This document shows positions 16,029 through 22,022 of a stretch of 60,801 bases of DNA, in pieces; the stretch's first letter is position 1; every line of letters begins with the position of its first letter. The stretch is from a virus (Duplodnaviria; Caudoviricetes). A model generated the notes under the pieces. That model was not told the origin of the DNA. It saw only the letters and a program-made list of their open reading frames with translations, and ran no database searches. Location of the stretch: the IMG/VR virus record IMGVR_UViG_3300009537_000009, positions 1-60,801 of that record; one strand, given 5' to 3'. The position numbers and the translations under genes were made by a program.

Positions 16029-16718
16029 ATGGGATTACTAATACCGCCATCTGATGATCCAATGGATACTCAGTGGACTGACTACGAAGCATATATTCCG
16101 TGGTGGAAGGATACTCCTCCCATGGCGAGACATGGCCTCATTACAGGGGAAACACCCAAACATATAGGGCTTGGTTTCAGGAAAACCAACGATCCGAGTG
16201 AACCCTATGTTGAGAGGCTTTTGAATATTCGTGGATTAAATACAGACGGAACCTCGCCCCGTTTTATTGCGGAGGATAATGAGAGTCTGGCAAAGTTCGG
16301 AGCAACAACCCGAATCGAACCCGATAACGCATATGTGATAGGGTCTGCGTATAAAGAAGGTGAGACATATATGCACGAAGCGGCTCATTTTTTTTCGGGG
16401 GACGACAAGGTGGTCGAGAGATTGGAAGATATCGGGATGACCACTACCAAGGCCAAGTCGGGGGAAACGCTGTACAAATGGCCCGGAAAGGATGTATTCA
16501 TACCCGAAGCAGATACAGAACATATGTTGATTGATCTGGAAACTTTTCTCAGAAATGACAATACCCAAAACGCTATGCAAGCTTTTGAAAGGCTTATTGA
16601 ACTTTCCGGTAAACACGACATCAAACTATCGAAAGTGGTGGATGTGTACCACGACATAGTGGGCCTTCTATATGAGATATATCCGGACCTAAAAGAATTG
16701 TCGATGGATGGCCGGTAG
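16029..16718 (+). CDS. Hypothetical protein with HExxH motif
   Basis: MHEAAHF; probable start 16029; stop inside tRNA-Ile(TAT). Confidence 0.7.
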   Translation: MGLLIPPSDDPMDTQWTDYEAYIPWWKDTPPMARHGLITGETPKHIGLGFRKTNDPSEPYVERLLNIRGLNTDGTSPRFIAEDNESLAKFGATTRIEPDNAYVIGSAYKEGETYMHEAAHFFSGDDKVVERLEDIGMTTTKAKSGETLYKWPGKDVFIPEADTEHMLIDLETFLRNDNTQNAMQAFERLIELSGKHDIKLSKVVDVYHDIVGLLYEIYPDLKELSMDGR

Positions 16719-16775
16719 TCATAAGGCAGCTTATATCTGTCTTGGAGCAGGGTTCAACTCCCTGATCGACGACCA
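16699..16775 (+). tRNA. tRNA-Ile(TAT)
   Basis: GGCAG-CTTATAT-CTGTC; TGTCGAT/ATCGACG; ACCA. Confidence 0.85.
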
Positions 16776-16790
16776 TATGTGGAGAGGACG

Positions 16791-16949
16791 ATGAAAGAAC
16801 TGATACAAGAGAGTGAGGAGGGGTTGAGATTCGTACCCCTCGAAGATTTGCTTGAGGCCCTTCATATGCTTAGAGATGACTTCATGCAAATGAAACGCGG
16901 GTACCATGTTACCATAGAGAAATGGATCAAGGAGCTTGATGATGTCTGA
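16791..16949 (+). CDS. Small hypothetical protein (52 aa)
   Basis: GGAGAGG RBS, MKELIQESEEG... Confidence 0.55.
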   Translation: MKELIQESEEGLRFVPLEDLLEALHMLRDDFMQMKRGYHVTIEKWIKELDDV

Positions 16950-17154
16950 GAGGCCACCTGTACTTTGTGGTATCGATGGGGTGTATCATCCCGCTTTTTA
17001 CCGATGTAATCAATTTCGGTTTCGGGGATACGGGATTACGATGATATGTTGCGCCGTATGCAAGGAAGGCTCCCATATCGAGGATGATACAGAAAACTCA
17101 GCTCGTAGGCCGGATATCGAGGCGGCATTCTTACAAAATGCCAGTAGAGGGTGA
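16942..17154 (+). CDS. Small Cys-rich protein
   Basis: AGGAG RBS; CCAVC; 3' end overlaps tRNA-Val. Confidence 0.5.
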   Translation: MSERPPVLCGIDGVYHPAFYRCNQFRFRGYGITMICCAVCKEGSHIEDDTENSARRPDIEAAFLQNASRG

Positions 17155-17174
17155 GATTCCTTCACGAGCTACCA
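17100..17174 (+). tRNA. tRNA-Val(TAC)
   Basis: GCATT-CTTACAA-AATGC; AGCTCGT/ACGAGCT; atypical T loop TGAGATT. Confidence 0.85.
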
Positions 17175-17180
17175 AATAAT

Positions 17181-17259
17181 GGGGATGAGATGGCTCGACC
17201 GATCTTAAAACCTTACGGAAAGGATCGGGACCAGGGATCAAAACCCTGCATCTCCACCA
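17181..17259 (+). ncRNA. Minimal tmRNA-like RNA: tRNA-like domain only, no mRNA-like domain
   Basis: GGGGATG/CATCTCC with G3:U70 and A73-CCA; stemless D loop AGATGGCTCGA; 8-bp P2-like CCGATCTT/AGGATCGG; GAC then CAGGG-ATCAAAA-CCCTG. Confidence 0.8.
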
Positions 17260-17264
17260 TATTT

Positions 17265-17336
17265 TCCCTGTCTGCGGACTCAGTGTGACGGCTACGAACC
17301 GAAATCAGGTCAGTTCAACTCTGGCACAGGGAACCA
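17265..17336 (+). tRNA. tRNA-Arg(ACG)
   Basis: CGG-CTACGAA-CCG; TCCCTGT/ACAGGGA; ACCA. Confidence 0.8.
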
Positions 17337-17337
17337 A

Positions 17338-17411
17338 AGGCCGATAGTTCAACGGCAGAACACTGGGCTTTGAACCCGGTAGTCCTGGTTCGAATCCAGG
17401 TTGGCCTTCCA
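17338..17411 (+). tRNA. tRNA-Gln(TTG)
   Basis: CTGGG-CTTTGAA-CCCGG; canonical arms. Confidence 0.92.
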
Positions 17412-17417
17412 TACATA

Positions 17418-17504
17418 GCTGGCTTGGCAGAGCGGACGAATGCAGGGGTTTTGTAAGCCTCAGTCGAAAGACCATCGTGGGTTCGAATCCTACAGTTAGC
17501 TCCA
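17418..17504 (+). tRNA. tRNA-Thr(TGT) with long variable arm
   Basis: GGGGT-TTTGTAA-GCCTC; GTC-GAAA-GAC arm; G1-C72, C2-G71. Confidence 0.8.
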
Positions 17505-17518
17505 ACCTGAGAGAGAAG

Positions 17519-18166
17519 ATGAGAAAGGGAATATTACTTGTAGTGTTTTTGCTGGGTGGTTGCGGTGTGATGACCGATCAGGGCAGGGTGTCCAAAGAGG
17601 TTTATCGGGCCGAAACGGCACAAAAGCTGTTCGACTCCGCCCAAAAAGCTGATGATGCTTTCGCAAAGGAAAACCCCGTGAGCGGAGTACCGTCATACTG
17701 TAACGGTTCTGTAACAGATGCCCAAGCCGTGGTTTGCGGGATGGCTCAAGCGAACGCTAATCTCTCAGTAGCCCTTGTAAACGCAAACAGGAAAGCCTCT
17801 GTCGCTTATGCTTCACAGATTCTATCTACACAGGCACAAGAAAGAATTGCATTCAAGGACCGTCTGATGAATTTCTTCGGTATCGTGTATTCGACCGAGA
17901 GGGGCTCAAGGAGCCGTTCTACGGGTGATGGGACCAGGGTGGTCATCAATGGGCCAAACGCCCGAGGTAGCGGAGAAGGAGGGGCTTCTGCTGGCAGTCA
18001 GGACGTAAGCCTGAATATCGGTAATGCAAATCAGGTATCTTCGGATGGAAGGACTGGTTTTGCCAACAGGAATAGTACGGTTGACAACCACGACCAATCC
18101 GAGGTTGTGTTCGAACCTGTCCTCGAACCGGTGGTTGACATACCCGAACTACCTGTGATAGAATAA
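17519..18166 (+). CDS. Lipoprotein
   Basis: MRKGILLVVFLLGGC lipobox; probable start 17519. Confidence 0.75.
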   Translation: MRKGILLVVFLLGGCGVMTDQGRVSKEVYRAETAQKLFDSAQKADDAFAKENPVSGVPSYCNGSVTDAQAVVCGMAQANANLSVALVNANRKASVAYASQILSTQAQERIAFKDRLMNFFGIVYSTERGSRSRSTGDGTRVVINGPNARGSGEGGASAGSQDVSLNIGNANQVSSDGRTGFANRNSTVDNHDQSEVVFEPVLEPVVDIPELPVIE

Positions 18167-18173
18167 AGAGTTT

Positions 18174-18248
18174 GGACTTCTGGTGTAGGTGGCCGCACGA
18201 CAGTTTGAAGCACTGTAGGATCAGGCTCGATTCCTGGGGGGTCCACCA
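18174..18248 (+). tRNA. tRNA-Phe(GAA)
   Basis: ACAGT-TTGAAGC-ACTGT; ACCA. Confidence 0.85.
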
Positions 18249-18250
18249 AA

Positions 18251-18325
18251 GCACCGTAAGGCGAATGGCGAGCCAGTAGTCCTTCAAACTATTGTGAGTG
18301 GGTTCGATCCCCACACGGTGTACCA
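18251..18325 (+). tRNA. tRNA-Glu(TTC), C at position 33
   Basis: GTAGT-CCTTCAA-ACTAT; GCACCGT/ACGGTGT; ACCA. Confidence 0.75.
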
Positions 18326-18326
18326 C

Positions 18327-18404
18327 TGTGGGATAGCAATCCGGGTGATCGCAGACGGCTGTTAACCGTCAAGGAGATGAGTTCGAGTCTCATTCCCACA
18401 GCCA
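18327..18404 (+). tRNA. tRNA-Asn(GTT)
   Basis: GACGG-CTGTTAA-CCGTC; G73, CCA. Confidence 0.9.
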
Positions 18405-18409
18405 TTTCA

Positions 18410-18494
18410 GGAAGGTAGGGTGCTGGGCACAAAAACGGTTTGAACCCGTTCCCACTCTTTGGGGTGATCGTTCGATTCGGATTACCTTCCGCCA
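18410..18494 (+). tRNA. tRNA-Ser(TGA), 8/4-type fold
   Basis: AACGG-TTTGAAC-CCGTT; GGAAGGTA/TACCTTCC; long variable arm; G73. Confidence 0.85.
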
Positions 18495-18495
18495 C

Positions 18496-18581
18496 AGTAG
18501 GTTGAGTGCTGGGCACACGACAGTTTGCTAAACTGCCCCACTCCGAAGGGGGTGACAGTTCGATTCTGTAACCTACTGCCA
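18496..18581 (+). tRNA. tRNA-Ser(GCT), 8/4 fold
   Basis: AGTAGGTT/AACCTACT 8 bp, T stem ACAG/CTGT 4 bp; loop TTGCTAA; G73. Confidence 0.85.
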
Positions 18582-18584
18582 TAT

Positions 18585-18659
18585 CAGAGACGACGAGGCT
18601 GGGTCATCTCCGTCCCTTGGAAGGACTGAAGCGCAGTTCGATTCTGCGGTCTCTGACCA
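18585..18659 (+). tRNA. tRNA-Pro(TGG)
   Basis: GTCC-CTTGGAA-GGAC; C1-G72, A73. Confidence 0.85.
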
Positions 18660-18660
18660 G

Positions 18661-18735
18661 AGGGGTGAAACATTTAAGGTGATGTCTCGGTCTTTTAAAC
18701 CGGAAAACAGGGTTCAAGTCCCTGCGCCCCCACCA
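18661..18735 (+). tRNA. tRNA-Lys(TTT)
   Basis: TCGGT-CTTTTAA-ACCGG; ACCA. Confidence 0.85.
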
Positions 18736-18739
18736 GTCA

Positions 18740-18748
18740 TGGTATAAT
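18740..18748 (+). promoter_or_regulatory. Extended -10 promoter
   Basis: TGGTATAAT immediately upstream of the large structured region. Confidence 0.65.
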
Positions 18749-18752
18749 AGAG

Positions 18753-19139
18753 ATAGGCACTCCCTGCCTTAAAATTATGAGCGGCTCACCGTCCGTGTCG
18801 GGAAGAAAAGCGGTTTTAATGAGCGGGTCTTTGACCTCGGACCAGTCCTCCAGAGCGCAAGCAAGTTAGGCGGGGGGCGATAAACAGGGCTATACTGTAA
18901 CACAGTCAGTGACTACGACCAGCTTCGGCTGCTTGGCCTTACGGCCTTGAAGGTAGTGCAGCGTCTCGCGGTACGATAACACGCACCTGATATACGCTCA
19001 CCTTGTGACGGTAACTAGACAACCATAAAGAGTATTCTCTCCCTGTGGTGGAATTCTCGGATCATATGCTGGACTAATATCCCGGCCTATAAACCCCGAC
19101 CAGTCTGGTTACAGTGAAGGAGGTCCGAGCTATGCCTAT
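18753..19139 (+). ncRNA. Large structured non-coding RNA, unclassified (~385 nt)
   Basis: No long ORF; nested long-range helices 18753-59/19133-39, 18836-43/19122-29, 18894-901/19108-15; cUUCGg hairpin 18920-18931. Confidence 0.7.
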
Positions 19140-19170
19140 TTGTGTTGTATTTTTACAACAGGGGGAGTTG

Positions 19171-19353
19171 ATGCAGTGTAAGTGCGGTGGAAGCACGGTT
19201 GACCGTGTGTCTGTCCGAAAGAAGGGGAAGTACAAACTTCTCTATGTCCATTGTGTCGAGTGTACCAGGGTAGGTAATTGGTTGTACCTTGAAGATAACA
19301 AGTTGGCTGCCTCCGGTGAGGATGCCAGAAAGAAATATAGCGCGGTGGTGTAA
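19171..19353 (+). CDS. Small zinc-ribbon protein
   Basis: GGGAG RBS; MQCKCGG...CVEC; stop inside tRNA-Met. Confidence 0.65.
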   Translation: MQCKCGGSTVDRVSVRKKGKYKLLYVHCVECTRVGNWLYLEDNKLAASGEDARKKYSAVV

Positions 19354-19413
19354 AGGCTAACATCTTGGACTCATATTCCTCGGCTGAGAGTTCGATTCTC
19401 TCCTGCGCTACCA
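19339..19413 (+). tRNA. tRNA-Met(CAT) (elongator Met or Ile2 not resolved)
   Basis: GGA-CTCATAT-TCC; AGCGCGG/CTGCGCT; ACCA. Confidence 0.8.
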
Positions 19414-19414
19414 T

Positions 19415-19491
19415 GAGCCGTCATGTTCCAAGGCTGGCGATGAAGTCTCCAAAACTCTATGTGTGGGGTTCGATTCCCTAGCGGCTCGCCA
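19415..19491 (+). tRNA. tRNA-Trp(CCA)
   Basis: AGT-CTCCAAA-ACT; G73, CCA. Confidence 0.8.
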
Positions 19492-19509
19492 ATTACTAAA
19501 GGGAATTAC

Positions 19510-20181
19510 ATGAATGTAATCTTATGTTCCGGAGTGATGCGTTCCGGATCGACGTGGTGTTTTAACGTATTAAGAGGTTTGTGTGGTCTGGTCGCTGAGT
19601 GTCTCTCTAAACCGTTCTACGCCTCTTACCTGGAGGGGGATGCTTTAGACAAGTTCCTCCTTTCCGATGCCGCTTTAAGGCCTGGGGTGAGTGTATTCAA
19701 GACGCACCTCATAGGGCCGCGAGCTGCCCACTTAGCCAGAAGCGGCATCATCAAGAATATTTGTACGTTGCGAGACCCCAGGGACTGCGTAGCCTCTCGT
19801 CAGGAGTTTAAGTCGGAAAGCCTGTCCGACTCCATCGGGCTTGTTAGGGCATCATATACTACCGCGATGGGACTCGATGATGCTGCGCTGTTCCTGGACT
19901 TTGAGAATATTAAAACATCCCCGGTATCTGTCATTCTCGATATGATGGAGTATTTGGGGATAGATTTCGAGAGTGCTGATGAGGTGGCTGGCATTCTCTC
20001 GGAAGAGTTTTCCTTGGAAAAAATGAAGAAGATGGAACCGAATAATGGAATTGATCCGCTAACGGAAATTCACGAGAACCATTTTCACGGGGGAGAAAGC
20101 GGGAAGGGCGTATCTCTTGGTCTGGATAAGAAGCTGGAAGACCTTCTTGACTTTTATCGAAAGGTGACAAATGACTCCTAA
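19510..20181 (+). CDS. Sulfotransferase-domain protein
   Basis: GVMRSGSTW (5'-PAPS loop), KTH, RDPRD..AS (3'-PB); probable start 19510. Confidence 0.8.
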   Translation: MNVILCSGVMRSGSTWCFNVLRGLCGLVAECLSKPFYASYLEGDALDKFLLSDAALRPGVSVFKTHLIGPRAAHLARSGIIKNICTLRDPRDCVASRQEFKSESLSDSIGLVRASYTTAMGLDDAALFLDFENIKTSPVSVILDMMEYLGIDFESADEVAGILSEEFSLEKMKKMEPNNGIDPLTEIHENHFHGGESGKGVSLGLDKKLEDLLDFYRKVTNDS

Positions 20182-21844
20182 GTGGGGGGTTCGTATCGAG
20201 CCTGTTGTTCGGGATCGGTCACCCAATGCGGATGCTGCTGAAACCTTTTGGGAATGGGTTAGGGATAAGGATTATCGAAGGGCTGTTATGGCTTACGAGG
20301 AAATCCACAAAGACCCAAACATGGATAATTCATTTATTCGCACATTGGGGCAGTTGGATAGATTTTACCTCGCTGCATTTTTGTGCAACAGGGTCGATCT
20401 TCTCCACCCATGGCTATACGATAGAGCAAGGGAAGTTCAATACGATTGTGATGAGCACTTGGATTTGTGGGCAAGATTCCATTATAAAAGCACTCTTGTG
20501 ACACAGTTCGGCGGGATACAGGAAATTCTAAAAAACCCGAACGTCACGATTGCAATTTTATCCTATTCCACTAAGCAAGCCAAGCCCTTTCTAAGGGCTA
20601 TTATGCAGGTGTTGGAAACCACAAGAAGTTTACATGAGTTGTATCCTGATATCTTGTGGGACAAACCAAAAGTACAAGCCCCAAAATGGAGCGAGAATGA
20701 GGGGATCAGGGTAAAGAGAACCAGAAATTCTCCAGAAGAAACCATACAGGCGTTTGGTTTAACGGACGGGCAGCCAACCGGGTATCACTTTCAGTTGCAG
20801 ATATATGATGATGTTGTTGTGCGCTCCTCTGTGACCACCCCCGATCAGATTAAGAACACGACAGAGCAGTGGGAGTTGTCACTCAACCTTGGCGATACGC
20901 ATAACCCTAGAAGACAGTATGTTGGCACGAGGTATGCGTATGGGGATACTTATGGGACTATCATGCAACGGGCTGCTGTAATTCCTAGAATCTATCCAGC
21001 TACCCATAACGGAAAGATAGATGGTTATCCTGTCTTTCTTTCTAAGGATAGATTTGATGAGATTGTAAAAACAACTTCGCAGTACACGGTTGCTTGTCAA
21101 CAACTCCTGAACCCACTTGAGGGAACGGATATTTCTTTCAAGCAGGAGTACTGGCGAGAATACGAAATACGCCCATTCACTCTGAATGTTTATATTACGG
21201 TAGACCCCGCAAACTCCAAAAAGAAGGGTTCCAACCGCACCGCAATTTCCGTGGTCGGGGTTGATCAGGCATTTAATAAATATCTTCTTGACGGCATGTG
21301 TCACAAGATGACCCTCTCAGAACGATGGTCTAATTTAAAGAAGGTCAGAGAGAGGTGGATTCGTATGCCTGGAGTAAGGGAAGTCAGGGTGGGGTATGAG
21401 AGATATGGAGCACAATCCGATATCGAGCACTATAAAGAGATGATGAAAATCGAGGGCGTATCGTTTCCTATTTACGAAGTGGCGTGGGTAGGGGGGGAGA
21501 ATCAGGGACAGTCAAAGGTGGACAGGGTGCAAAGACTGGAGCCTGATTTCAGGAATGGTTCTTTCTTTTGGCCATACCAAACCGACGCCAAGAATCTTAC
21601 CAAGCTTCAGAGAACCATGTCCATGTCCGGTCAAGCTTTTCTCGTGGCAAAAAAGATCATCAATATAGACGAGGATGGCAAGACGTATAACCTTGTTAAT
21701 TGGGTGAAATCCAACGAGTATGACTTGTTCCCATCCATCCATCCAGATTTTCTCGATGCCATGTCAAGAATTTACGACATGGATATGAGGCCACCAAAGA
21801 ATTATGTAGGCCCAATGGAGCCCTCAAAAGAGGAGAGTTATTAA
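20171..21844 (+). CDS. Terminase large subunit
   Basis: ARFHYKST Walker A-like, TGYHFQLQIYDD Walker B, GTRY, nuclease VDPA and HPDFLDA. Confidence 0.9.
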   Translation: MTPKWGVRIEPVVRDRSPNADAAETFWEWVRDKDYRRAVMAYEEIHKDPNMDNSFIRTLGQLDRFYLAAFLCNRVDLLHPWLYDRAREVQYDCDEHLDLWARFHYKSTLVTQFGGIQEILKNPNVTIAILSYSTKQAKPFLRAIMQVLETTRSLHELYPDILWDKPKVQAPKWSENEGIRVKRTRNSPEETIQAFGLTDGQPTGYHFQLQIYDDVVVRSSVTTPDQIKNTTEQWELSLNLGDTHNPRRQYVGTRYAYGDTYGTIMQRAAVIPRIYPATHNGKIDGYPVFLSKDRFDEIVKTTSQYTVACQQLLNPLEGTDISFKQEYWREYEIRPFTLNVYITVDPANSKKKGSNRTAISVVGVDQAFNKYLLDGMCHKMTLSERWSNLKKVRERWIRMPGVREVRVGYERYGAQSDIEHYKEMMKIEGVSFPIYEVAWVGGENQGQSKVDRVQRLEPDFRNGSFFWPYQTDAKNLTKLQRTMSMSGQAFLVAKKIINIDEDGKTYNLVNWVKSNEYDLFPSIHPDFLDAMSRIYDMDMRPPKNYVGPMEPSKEESY

Positions 21845-22022
21845 TGTCCAAGATCAGTTTCAGAAACCTTGTTAAGAAATATGATAAGCGTGTTGGAGGG
21901 TGGGTTGCCTATCGTTGCGGGAGAAGGGAATTTATACAAAGAAAGCACGGCGCATCCCAGTATGATACCGTAGTTCTGTATGTTTCCGATGACTATGTTG
22001 AGGACGGTTACGAGACTATCTA

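Noticed and set aside
18251-18325. tRNA-Sec or opal suppressor (CTTCAAA)
   Set aside because: The 5-bp stem centres TTC, there is no long variable arm, and TGA is used as a normal stop in this genome
18753-19139. RNase P RNA or full-length tmRNA
   Set aside because: ATCCCGGCCTATA loosely resembles the RNase P 3' motif but GAGGAAAGTCC is absent; no tRNA-like ends or tag ORF
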